64,000 nt of DNA from a virus. Lineage: Duplodnaviria > Heunggongvirae > Uroviricota > Caudoviricetes. The notes beneath the pieces are model-generated. The model saw only the letters and a program-made list of their open reading frames with translations, was not told the DNA's origin and made no database searches. The stretch lies in IMG/VR virus record IMGVR_UViG_3300031994_000001, positions 247,799 to 311,798 of that record. One strand, 5' to 3'. Position numbers and translations under genes: made by a program. The stretch's first letter is position 1. Each line of letters starts with the position of its first letter. Below are positions 38,256-47,251 of this stretch, one piece after another.

Positions 38256-39050
38256 ATGGAACAATTCAACTTAAATTATCACGTAATAGACAGATGCAAC
38301 AAGAATTGCATTGCCTGCGGTCACTATGCCCCGCTTGCCAAACCGACAGACGAGGGAGTGAGTGTTGAGGATTTCCGCAAAGACCTTGAACTTTGCAGTT
38401 TTCTGAAACCATACATCAACACCTTTTACTTGACGGGCGGCGAGCCTACGCTTCACAAGAATCTGAAGGAAATCATTGAAATCGCCGCGCAATGGCACGA
38501 CAATGTGGTGCTTATCACAAACGGTCTGAACATTGACCTTCTTCGGGAAAACGCAGAGTTCATCAAAAAGAACAACATTCTGCTGTCTGTAACCAATTAC
38601 AGTCAAAAACGGGTGCAGGAAATCGCGGACATTTTCGGCTATATCGAAAGTATGCACATTCCGAATCTTGACAAAGACGGAAACCGTGTCAAATTCAACA
38701 CAAAGCAACTTTCGATAAAAGAGGTCAACCCGCAGGTGGAATACTGCGACAGAGGGCTGTGTGTGCAATACAGATACGGAAAACTGTATATGTGCCAAGT
38801 AGCAGCAAACCTGCATTTGTTCAAAGCACACTTCGGCGATGCCGTGTCAATGTTCACAGACGAAGGAACTTATGTTGACTTGAACGAGACGCAGGATTTG
38901 AATGTAATCGAAAACCTGCTGTTCAAGAAATTCCCTAAACTTTGCAGGCACTGCAACGAGGCGTTCTACCAACACGATTTGAAAGACAATTCCCAACCGA
39001 TTTGTGCAAGCAGGCAAAGTCTGTCCGAATGGGTTGAGGATGTACAATAG
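38256..39050 (+). CDS. Radical SAM protein
   Basis: CNKNCIAC, TGGEPTLH, ITNG, C-terminal Cys cluster. Confidence 0.85.
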   Translation: MEQFNLNYHVIDRCNKNCIACGHYAPLAKPTDEGVSVEDFRKDLELCSFLKPYINTFYLTGGEPTLHKNLKEIIEIAAQWHDNVVLITNGLNIDLLRENAEFIKKNNILLSVTNYSQKRVQEIADIFGYIESMHIPNLDKDGNRVKFNTKQLSIKEVNPQVEYCDRGLCVQYRYGKLYMCQVAANLHLFKAHFGDAVSMFTDEGTYVDLNETQDLNVIENLLFKKFPKLCRHCNEAFYQHDLKDNSQPICASRQSLSEWVEDVQ

Positions 39051-39077
39051 AAAATCACAATATGTTTAATTAAAAAT

Positions 39078-40400
39078 TTGTATGAAATGACAGATGAAGT
39101 AATTAAAAAAATCAATGAAAAGAGGGCAGAATTAGATGCCATCTACACAAAGTACCACAATTGGGAACAAGGTACGAAGATTATGATTAACTCATTCTAC
39201 GGGGGATTGGCAAACCCGTATATGTACTTTTTCGACCCCGCGTTGGCAGAGTGCATTACGAAGCAGGGAAAGAACGCCATTCTCTACGCGGAAGCGAACA
39301 TCAACGACTACTTCCACAACTATTGGTACGATGACAAAGAGACCCACGAAAAAATGGGCATAACAGTATCAAAACCCGTCAAAAAGCAGGTGACGGTTTA
39401 CATTGACACCGATTCGGTGTACTCGCAACTTGACGAGGTAATCTCAACTACGGATTGGTGTATGAATCCAGAAAAGAATTGGATTATCAGCGCGAAGTAC
39501 ACAGACGGCAAGACATTCACACGGACATTCTGCGGAAAGAAGTCAAAGGAATACATTATAGACTATTTCAAGTTAAACAGCCCCGAAGTCGAATCATACG
39601 AAATAAAGCCCATAAACGGCGAACCAAAGGACTTTGCCCTGCTGCTTGACGAAGTGTTCCTCGCAGACTATTTCAAGCGTATTTTCGAGCGTTACGCGAA
39701 AGGAATCAACGCCGACAACTACCTCAACTTTGAACTTGAAACCTATTCCGATGCGGGAATTTGGCTCTCGAAGAAAAAGTATATGCAGAACATACGTTGG
39801 ACTGATTCTATGCCGAGACACGACATTCTTGACAATTTCAGCAAAATCAAGTCAAAGGGTGTCGAACTCATACAAGCGTCAAGCCCGACATTCGCAAGAA
39901 AGAAACTCTCATACCTTGTGAAATGGATTTTCGAGAGGGAAAAATTCGACTTGAAATTGTTTGTCGCCGAACTGAAGAAAATCAAAAAGGAATTGGAACT
40001 CTCCAACATTGACGACATCTGTTGGAACAAAAAAGCAACTGGTTATATGAAGTGGGTCATTGACGACACGAAAGAACTCGTTATGAAGAAAGGCACGCCA
40101 ATCACCACCAAGGGAATCGCATACTACAACTATCTGTTGGAACACAACAGACAGTACAAAAAGAAATATTCGAGGCTCACGGAGGGCAACAAGTGCAAAT
40201 ACTACTACTGCAAGGGACAGACTTCAGAGATGTTTGCATACGACCCAGGCAACTACCCGATTGAGTTCGCACCGAAAGTTGACACGGACACTATGTTCGC
40301 CAAGACAATACTCAACCCAATCAACAGAGTCGTAAAGGCTTTGGGCTATGACGAGATTCCAAACGACTTGGTTATTTTAAGTAAATCGGCACTATTCTAA
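39078..40400 (+). CDS. Family B DNA polymerase, C-terminal subunit (fingers-palm-thumb; gp43B-like)
   Basis: KIMINSFYG, YIDTDS, KKKY, KSKGVE motifs. Confidence 0.9.
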   Translation: MYEMTDEVIKKINEKRAELDAIYTKYHNWEQGTKIMINSFYGGLANPYMYFFDPALAECITKQGKNAILYAEANINDYFHNYWYDDKETHEKMGITVSKPVKKQVTVYIDTDSVYSQLDEVISTTDWCMNPEKNWIISAKYTDGKTFTRTFCGKKSKEYIIDYFKLNSPEVESYEIKPINGEPKDFALLLDEVFLADYFKRIFERYAKGINADNYLNFELETYSDAGIWLSKKKYMQNIRWTDSMPRHDILDNFSKIKSKGVELIQASSPTFARKKLSYLVKWIFEREKFDLKLFVAELKKIKKELELSNIDDICWNKKATGYMKWVIDDTKELVMKKGTPITTKGIAYYNYLLEHNRQYKKKYSRLTEGNKCKYYYCKGQTSEMFAYDPGNYPIEFAPKVDTDTMFAKTILNPINRVVKALGYDEIPNDLVILSKSALF

Positions 40401-40413
40401 AAAGGAGGTCACT

Positions 40414-41895
40414 ATGTTAATGGATTATATGCAAGTGGGAGACACAATCAGCGTTTCGTATTTTGACAAAAACGGAAAAACGCAAATTAAGGATATTCCT
40501 TTAAGCGAGGAACAGATGTTCAATTGGGAATACTGCAAGCCATACAACTTAAAGAATGCCGACAAGAAATACACAAGTTGGGACGGCAAGCCCGTTGTGA
40601 AAGTCAAGCCGAAGGACGGCAAACTTTCACCGTTCAGATTGGCTGAAATCATTGACGACCTGCCTAAAGAAACGTATGACGAGATTTTTGAATACAACCT
40701 GCCGCAGACATACTTCGTTGATATTGAGACGAAAATTGACCCGACTTTGACTGTCAAGGAATCTGCGGAAGTCGCTCGCCAACCGATAACCCTTATCGGT
40801 ATCGCCACGCCAAACAGAGGAATCATCGTATTGAGTTCGGGCAAAGACCTAACACCATACGAGCAGAAGCAAATACAAGCGGACATAACAAGGCACACCA
40901 AACCGTTTGGCGTGAACTTCAAATTCCAATTCAAATGCTTCCCCGATGAGACCTCTATGCTGAAGCAGTTTATGCACCATATGGTAAAGAAATTCCCCGT
41001 TATGAGCGGGTGGAACTTCGTTGACTTCGACTGGAAATACATAACCAACCGCTGCAAGAAATTCGGCATTTCAATCGCAAAGGCTTCACGCATCGAAAAG
41101 GTTATAGGCAAAGACAAAAATATGCCTGCACACGCCTGCATATTGGATTATATGCAATGCTATTCCAAATGGGACACTTCCGTATCACAGAAAGAGAATT
41201 TGAAATTAGACCAAGCGGGTGAAGACGTACTCGGTATCAAGAAAGTTCACCACGATGGCACGCTTGACGATTTGTATAACAACAATTTCAAGGACTATGT
41301 GTACTACAACGCCATTGACTGCGCATTGGTTGAAATGCTGCACGAAAAACTTGGCGTATCGTCAATCGGAAACACTCTGACATACATCGCCCAATGCCCG
41401 ACTACAAGAATGTTCTCACCCGTGTCATTGACCGAGAGTATCCTTGCACGCAACTACTACAAGATAAACAGAGTGCTGCCCGTTGTCAAAAAGGACAACA
41501 AACAAGAGGGATATGACGGCGCATACGTCAAAGCACCTATTGTCGGATTGCACAGATTCTGCATATGCAACGACTTTGCGTCTCTGTACCCGAACATTAT
41601 TAGGGAATTGAATTTAAGCCCAGAGACATTTTTGATGAAACTCGAAGAGACCGACCTCGAAGCAAAACGGCAGAAACTCGCAGAGGGATTCATTGTTTCC
41701 GAAAGCGGTTGCGTGTTCTCGAAGGATGCGGGTGTATTCAGCACTCTTGTCGGAGAGGTTTATAACAAGAGAAAGTCATACAAAAAAACCGCAGTCAACG
41801 CGGCAATCAAGTCAAGGTTGCTTGAAGATTTGCTAAAACGCACAGATTTGAGTGACGAGGAGGCGTTGCGGGAATATGAAAAAATTGTCGCGTAA
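40414..41895 (+). CDS. Family B DNA polymerase, N-terminal subunit (3'-5' exonuclease + motif A; gp43A-like)
   Basis: VDIET, GWNFVDFD, YNAID, YDGAYV, DFASLYPNII. Confidence 0.9.
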   Translation: MLMDYMQVGDTISVSYFDKNGKTQIKDIPLSEEQMFNWEYCKPYNLKNADKKYTSWDGKPVVKVKPKDGKLSPFRLAEIIDDLPKETYDEIFEYNLPQTYFVDIETKIDPTLTVKESAEVARQPITLIGIATPNRGIIVLSSGKDLTPYEQKQIQADITRHTKPFGVNFKFQFKCFPDETSMLKQFMHHMVKKFPVMSGWNFVDFDWKYITNRCKKFGISIAKASRIEKVIGKDKNMPAHACILDYMQCYSKWDTSVSQKENLKLDQAGEDVLGIKKVHHDGTLDDLYNNNFKDYVYYNAIDCALVEMLHEKLGVSSIGNTLTYIAQCPTTRMFSPVSLTESILARNYYKINRVLPVVKKDNKQEGYDGAYVKAPIVGLHRFCICNDFASLYPNIIRELNLSPETFLMKLEETDLEAKRQKLAEGFIVSESGCVFSKDAGVFSTLVGEVYNKRKSYKKTAVNAAIKSRLLEDLLKRTDLSDEEALREYEKIVA

Positions 41896-41918
41896 CCGAT
41901 TGATTTAGCAATACAAAC

Positions 41919-41949
41919 AGAAAAGGGGTTGAATTTCAACCCCTTTTCT
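41919..41949. terminator. Bidirectional terminator
   Basis: AGAAAAGGGGTTGAA-T-TTCAACCCCTTTTCT perfect inverted repeat. Confidence 0.85.
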
Positions 41950-42563
41950 TATGAAAACCATTGTTTCAGATATGATATGATACAGCAAATGTCTTTCTGT
42001 TTCTTCGGCGGCGTTCCGTTGCTGTCAACCTTTGTTTCAGCGGTCTGCTGTGTAGGTTTCGTTTCCGCCTGCGTTTGTTGAACAGTCGCCTGCTGCCTGT
42101 CGTCTATGTCAATCGAATCAATCCACTCTTTTACATTGAAGCAAGGGCAAGCCTTGTTGTCAAATTCATAGTGACCGTGGAATGTAGCCTGCGGATATTT
42201 CTTGTGCAGGTACTTGCATAGTTCAGCCATTGCAGCCAACTGTTTCGGGTTTCTCGTGTCTTTCGCTTTCTTGTTCTTATCAAGCCCACCGACATAGCAT
42301 ACACCGATGGATTTTGAGTTATGCCCCGAAACGTGCGCACCAACGCAATCTTCGGGTCTGCATTCCCATATAACACCGTTTATGTCAATCACGTAATTGT
42401 AACCTATGCCCGCCCAACCTTTGCTTAAATGAAGCGAGTGTATGGCAGGTATTGTGTAGTCAACGCCCTCAACTGAAGCCGTGCAATGGAGTATGATTTC
42501 CGTTGTCACTTTCCTTTTTGAAAGCGTGTTCTTGAATTTGAGGTTAGCCTTGCGTATTTCCAT
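41949..42563 (-). CDS. N-acetylmuramoyl-L-alanine amidase (T7 lysozyme-like endolysin)
   Basis: IILHCTA, GWAGIGYNYVI, GAHVSGHN..SIGVCYVGG, GH....KACPCF. Confidence 0.92.
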   Translation of the reverse strand: MEIRKANLKFKNTLSKRKVTTEIILHCTASVEGVDYTIPAIHSLHLSKGWAGIGYNYVIDINGVIWECRPEDCVGAHVSGHNSKSIGVCYVGGLDKNKKAKDTRNPKQLAAMAELCKYLHKKYPQATFHGHYEFDNKACPCFNVKEWIDSIDIDDRQQATVQQTQAETKPTQQTAETKVDSNGTPPKKQKDICCIISYLKQWFS

Positions 42564-42565
42564 AA

Positions 42566-43069
42566 CTAATCTTCACAAGATTCTCTGAAATGGTGCGGAT
42601 GTATAGGTCTTTGGACATCGGGAATGCCGTCACCGTCAACGTCAGCAAAATCGTAAGCAGCCCTTTCGGTCACAACCTCGTTGTGCATACTTTCAATCTG
42701 TTTCAGTTTTTCCTCCAAGTCTCTCGGCGGTTTTCTATGCGGACATTCGTTGACAACGCATTTAGTCCAAGTCAAGTCGTTTATGGCAAGTCTCTGCTGT
42801 CCCTCTATTTCGATAGCCACTTGTAATTTGTTCTGCAAAGTATTGATTTTCTCCCTTGCTGCCGTAAGTTCGCTTTTAGTCTCGTTATAGATACGAATCC
42901 ATTCGTCATTGGTTGATTTTTGATTCTCCAAGTCTTTCGTCAGAACATCTTTTTCCATAGCAGCCGCTTCAGCAGCACGAAGTCTCTTGTTTTGCTTGTA
43001 GAACAATATACCACCACCACCAAGTAATGCGGCTATAAGCCCCGTTAATGCTATAATTATTTCAGTCAT
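42566..43069 (-). CDS. Membrane-anchored coiled-coil protein next to endolysin (holin/spanin-like)
   Basis: N-terminal TM helix then coiled coil; immediately upstream of amidase. Confidence 0.5.
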   Translation of the reverse strand: MTEIIIALTGLIAALLGGGGILFYKQNKRLRAAEAAAMEKDVLTKDLENQKSTNDEWIRIYNETKSELTAAREKINTLQNKLQVAIEIEGQQRLAINDLTWTKCVVNECPHRKPPRDLEEKLKQIESMHNEVVTERAAYDFADVDGDGIPDVQRPIHPHHFRESCED

Positions 43070-43117
43070 TTTCAGTAATATATTGTTTACTGCGCAACAG
43101 CGCAAAGGTATGAGGGA

Positions 43118-45061
43118 TTAGAAACCTCTCATACCTTTCTTTGTGCGACCCAAAACGCTTGAAATATGGTCTTCCTGCGCCTTGATGTCTTGATTCCAAG
43201 TCTTTGCGGAATCGGTGTCAACTCTTTCAACAACCAAGGTTGCTTCGCGGAGGTCGCGAGTAGCCCAGAAGTGATTGATTTCGTTTGTGGTCTTGAGGTT
43301 GTAGAATTTAGCCTCGTTAAGAATTTCCTCTTTTCTCTTGTCGGAAAGAGCAGCCCATTTTTCCTTGCAGATTTCTGGCATATTCTCAACAATGTCAAGT
43401 CCTTTCTTTGACTCATAGACATTCTTCCAAACCATATTGGCTTGTGCCTCGTTCTTGACATTGGCTAACTTCATAGCCTCGGCAATCATATCTTGTGTCT
43501 CGCTTGGCAGAGTGTTGAACTCGTTTTGACGGTTCTCTGAAAGGAGAGACAAGAAATTGTTTTCGGGAATCTGCTCCTCTTGTTTCTTAATGAGGGCATC
43601 AAGTTTCTCGGTGATTGCTGACTTGTAAGCATCGTTGGAGACATTCTTCTCAACAACGGAAGCAGCCTTGCCGCCGTTGTTCTGCTTGCTGCCTGCACCT
43701 GCACCTGCATTCTCGAACAGTTGTTCGGTCTTGTTGGTGTTGACTTCGAGTTGTTCAGCGAGATAGTCGTTGTGAGCGAAGTTTTGGTTCAGTTTTTCAG
43801 CCAAGTAGTCATTATGGTCGAAATTCTTTTGCAGTTGCTCTGCAAGGTAGTCATTGTGTTCGAAGTTCTGTTGGAGTTTTTCAGCCAAGTAATCGTTATG
43901 GTCGAAATTCTTTTGCAGTTGTTCAGCAAGGTAATCATTGTATTTTGAAATGACTGACATTTTCTCTGCCAAGTAATCATTATGAGCGAAGTTCTGCTCA
44001 AGTTTCTCGGCGAGATAATCGTTATGCTTGTAATTCTCTTCGAGTTTTTCTGCGAGATAATCGCTGTGGTCGGCAGTCTTTTGTAACTGCTCTGCGAGAT
44101 AATCGCTGTGCTTGATGGTCTTATCAACCTGCTCTGCGATGTACTCGCTGTAATTGATAGCGTTTTCAACGTGTTCAGCGAGATAGTCACTATGGTCGGC
44201 GGTCTTTTGCAACTGCTCTGCGAGGTAATCGCTATGGTCGGCAGTCTTTTGAATTTGACCAGCAAGATAATTCATATAGGCTTTCATATTGCCAATCTCT
44301 GACAAATCGAAACCTTGTGCCGCACCCTCATTGACACCGCCGAGACGGGTTTCAATGTTAGTGATGGTTTTTTTCATACCTTCAAGAATACCCGCGATAT
44401 ACTCGGTGTACTTTTGAAAATCGGCAACATTGACATTTTGCTTTTCATTTACATTTACTGTATCCATATTGTCTTTAGTATTTTTTTCTTTATTTGTTGA
44501 ATCGTATTCAAAAATGTAAACATTGTCATCATCTCCAAAGCCATAAGCCTCGTTCACGCGCCTCAATTCAGCGTTCTCGAAGCCTGGGTCTGCAACCAAG
44601 TCATAGGTAAACAGTTTTTCCAAGGTCACTTGACCCGTATTCGGGTTGATTTGACCTGCCGCACGGGAAGAGATGTGCAACGGAATACCATCACGAACAA
44701 GGGCTTGGGCTTGTTTGCCTGCGTCCGTGTTGAGAAGGCGTATCTTACCGATGATACGGTTGTTCTCCTTGTCGTATTCGAGTTTTTCTATAACGTGTGA
44801 AGCGTTCTTCAAAGAAACATCGAAATTTGTCGGATGGTCAAGTTCGCCGAGAAGTGTGTGGTTCTGCACTTTCGGCAACAGTTCATTCATCTTCGGGATG
44901 AAGTCAGAAGCCTCATAGATACGCCCGTTGCGGTTTCTTACCTTAAACTCCGTAAAGATACCTTCAAGGTAGATGCTGTCGCTTGCTGATGGGTTTTCAT
45001 TTTCGCAAATCCTCACCTCGCCCGCACGCTCTATGATAAGAAGTTTTTTATTTGATTCCAT
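43118..45061 (-). CDS. Prohead core protease (gp21-like) fused to scaffold-like repeat domain
   Basis: LEGIF....NRNGRIY, LGELDHP, ASHVI, ISSRAAG, YDLVADPGF; TATAAATA at 45096-45103. Confidence 0.9.
   Translation of the reverse strand: MESNKKLLIIERAGEVRICENENPSASDSIYLEGIFTEFKVRNRNGRIYEASDFIPKMNELLPKVQNHTLLGELDHPTNFDVSLKNASHVIEKLEYDKENNRIIGKIRLLNTDAGKQAQALVRDGIPLHISSRAAGQINPNTGQVTLEKLFTYDLVADPGFENAELRRVNEAYGFGDDDNVYIFEYDSTNKEKNTKDNMDTVNVNEKQNVNVADFQKYTEYIAGILEGMKKTITNIETRLGGVNEGAAQGFDLSEIGNMKAYMNYLAGQIQKTADHSDYLAEQLQKTADHSDYLAEHVENAINYSEYIAEQVDKTIKHSDYLAEQLQKTADHSDYLAEKLEENYKHNDYLAEKLEQNFAHNDYLAEKMSVISKYNDYLAEQLQKNFDHNDYLAEKLQQNFEHNDYLAEQLQKNFDHNDYLAEKLNQNFAHNDYLAEQLEVNTNKTEQLFENAGAGAGSKQNNGGKAASVVEKNVSNDAYKSAITEKLDALIKKQEEQIPENNFLSLLSENRQNEFNTLPSETQDMIAEAMKLANVKNEAQANMVWKNVYESKKGLDIVENMPEICKEKWAALSDKRKEEILNEAKFYNLKTTNEINHFWATRDLREATLVVERVDTDSAKTWNQDIKAQEDHISSVLGRTKKGMRGF
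43733..44278 (-). repeat. 13 x 42-bp (14 aa) coding tandem repeat, consensus HNDYLAEQLQKNFD
   Basis: Counted in translated ORF. Confidence 0.9.
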
Positions 45062-45211
45062 ATTTGTAAAATATTATCGGCAAGTTTTTATTATATATTT
45101 ATATGGTCGGTATTTCGCAAAAACGACACCGAACCGAGACGGATTCATTGACCCGCAATGCTCCGTGATTATATTATTTATAACAAGATAAATTAAAAAA
45201 ATAAACACTAT

Positions 45212-45748
45212 ATGGCAATAGAAATAACAAAGCAAGGAAGAACGGAAAACAAATGGAAAGTTGAAGTCGTCTGCGAAAGATGCGAATGCGAGTTCAAATG
45301 TGACAACACGGATTTCCAACACGGCAGAATAAAATGTCCAAACTGCGGAAACGAGATAGAGTATGCAAATACAATCACTGCAAAAAAAGCATCGCAAGAA
45401 CATTCGCTCACCGAAATGAGAATTGACACCATAACAGACCTTTCCTTTAACGAAATTGATTTTGAAAAAATACACAAGTATATGAAATGGTCAAAATGGA
45501 AATGGGCTACATCAAAATCAGACGATGGCGTTCCAACAATAGACGAACTGAAAAGCCAAGTCAGAGATTTGATTGCCGATGCAATCAAAAGAAAAACCAC
45601 AATATCAACTGGGGGGTTCACCGTAGAATACAGAGAATACGAGGAAAACGAAGAAGACCCGTCAACAATAGGTGTTATTGTTTCATTCAACTGCGGACGT
45701 GTTACAGTTGACATAAACAAAGACACATTGGAAGCTGTGTATTTTTAA
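45212..45748 (+). CDS. Zinc-ribbon-containing hypothetical protein
   Basis: CERC...CPNCG. Confidence 0.7.
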   Translation: MAIEITKQGRTENKWKVEVVCERCECEFKCDNTDFQHGRIKCPNCGNEIEYANTITAKKASQEHSLTEMRIDTITDLSFNEIDFEKIHKYMKWSKWKWATSKSDDGVPTIDELKSQVRDLIADAIKRKTTISTGGFTVEYREYEENEEDPSTIGVIVSFNCGRVTVDINKDTLEAVYF

Positions 45749-45827
45749 TACGGATTCATTTTTCAGTCTTGCGCATTTGTAATTTGCGAATTTTTTATTA
45801 TATTCAATTATAACAAATAAAACAAAA

Positions 45828-46136
45828 ATGACAAGACGAGAATTGGAAAATATGCCGTGTGTCCAAAAGACAATGCAATTCGGCAAATACAAAGGAATGC
45901 GCGTTCTTGACGTGATTGACAAAGACGCATCATATATTGTATGGTGCATAAAAAATGTGAACGGGTTTGAACTTGACGAAAAATTAGACAAAGAAATTGT
46001 AGCACAATACAAACGTCACCAACAGAATCTGCACAATGACACGAATCAAACGCTGCACTTGATAAAAGTACACGGTATGCACGCATCCGAAGCAATTGAC
46101 TACATTGAAAACGATGAAATGCCAAAACCATTCTGA
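45828..46136 (+). CDS. Small protein with FGKYKG motif (exodeoxyribonuclease X C-terminal/DUF3820-like)
   Basis: MQFGKYKG...DASYIVW. Confidence 0.65.
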   Translation: MTRRELENMPCVQKTMQFGKYKGMRVLDVIDKDASYIVWCIKNVNGFELDEKLDKEIVAQYKRHQQNLHNDTNQTLHLIKVHGMHASEAIDYIENDEMPKPF

Positions 46137-46138
46137 CT

Positions 46139-46525
46139 ATGGAAAATGTAAAACCTATAAACGCCAAGAGCAAAGACACGGCTAACAAATTGAGCAAAGC
46201 CTTGTGGAAAATCGGCATTGAGAACTTTGTCGGTATCAATATAAGAAAATACGATAGATGGAGATGGATGTGCCAATATGTAGTGCGTATAAAAATAAAC
46301 AGTTTCGGCGGGGCATACGCAGAGTTCAGACATAATTGGGAAACATACGACACGGCTTTCGACCTTGCCGTAATATACGAGGTTGGCAAAACAAAGATTG
46401 ACCCTAACAAACTGTTCTCAATAAAAGATGAACTGAACAGCATAATAAACAAGGCAAACAAAGTGTCGGACAATACACTGTTCGACCGCTCATTGTGTTT
46501 CAGATACAAGGAAACGCAGTTTTGA
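46139..46525 (+). CDS. Hypothetical protein
   Basis: 128 aa ORF. Confidence 0.7.
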   Translation: MENVKPINAKSKDTANKLSKALWKIGIENFVGINIRKYDRWRWMCQYVVRIKINSFGGAYAEFRHNWETYDTAFDLAVIYEVGKTKIDPNKLFSIKDELNSIINKANKVSDNTLFDRSLCFRYKETQF

Positions 46526-46544
46526 CTGTCGAAGCAGTTTTTTG

Positions 46545-46614
46545 TGTTGATAACTTTGTTGATAACTTTTTCCGAAAAAAATACTGCAAGTATAAAAATT
46601 TTGTATTTTTGCAG
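46545..46614 (+). promoter_or_regulatory. Bacteroidota-type promoter (TATTTTTG 46604-46611) with tandem TGTTGATAAC boxes, heading pncA operon
   Basis: Conserved architecture, three copies. Confidence 0.75.
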
Positions 46615-46640
46615 CGTAATAAAGAATAAAACAATAGTGT

Positions 46641-47231
46641 ATGAAAAACATTCTAATCATAGTTGACGCGCAAAACGACTTCTGCCACGAAAAAGGCGCG
46701 TTGAGCAACAAGGAAGCCTGCGAAGCGGCAGACAACATTATCAAAATGCTGAACAAAACGGCGTTTGACAAAATCATCTGCACGATGGATACGCACGGCG
46801 ACAATTACAGCGAAACTTCCGAGGGCAAACATCTGCCGATTCCGCATTGCAAGAAAAACACTTGGGGATGGAAGATACGCGAGGACTTGTACCAAGAACT
46901 TTACAACCAACAGAACGTATCGTTCTTGGAGAAAGACAAATTCTCACCGTACCCAACGCAACTGTGGACGAAAGTCGGAATCGTTGACAAGCACGACAAG
47001 ATTTATGTGTGCGGTCTTTGTACCGACATCTGTGTCATAAGCACGGCATTCGCGGTGAAGAACAGTATGGAGCCAGAGGTTTATCTGATTGAGAACTGCT
47101 GCGCGGGAAGCACCCCCGAAAACCATTTCTTCGCCGTCAGCGTTATGAAGTCCTGCCACATCAACATCATCAAGGGCGAACTGCCGCCAATCGGAATCAC
47201 AGACGAAAACAACAAAACCCAAACAGTATAA
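46641..47231 (+). CDS. pncA: Nicotinamidase (isochorismatase family)
   Basis: IIVDAQNDF, DTH, HC..NTWG, GLCTDICV; adjacent to pncB. Confidence 0.88.
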   Translation: MKNILIIVDAQNDFCHEKGALSNKEACEAADNIIKMLNKTAFDKIICTMDTHGDNYSETSEGKHLPIPHCKKNTWGWKIREDLYQELYNQQNVSFLEKDKFSPYPTQLWTKVGIVDKHDKIYVCGLCTDICVISTAFAVKNSMEPEVYLIENCCAGSTPENHFFAVSVMKSCHINIIKGELPPIGITDENNKTQTV

Positions 47232-47251
47232 CAATCAAAACCCAATCAGTT

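Noticed and set aside
39078-41895. Split intein or intron joining the polymerase halves
   Set aside because: No Cys/Ser-start or His-Asn intein blocks at the breaks, only 13 nt between genes, and the order is reversed
45139-45760. ACGGATTCATT repeated in two intergenic regions
   Set aside because: Only two copies with different spacing to downstream elements; may be chance
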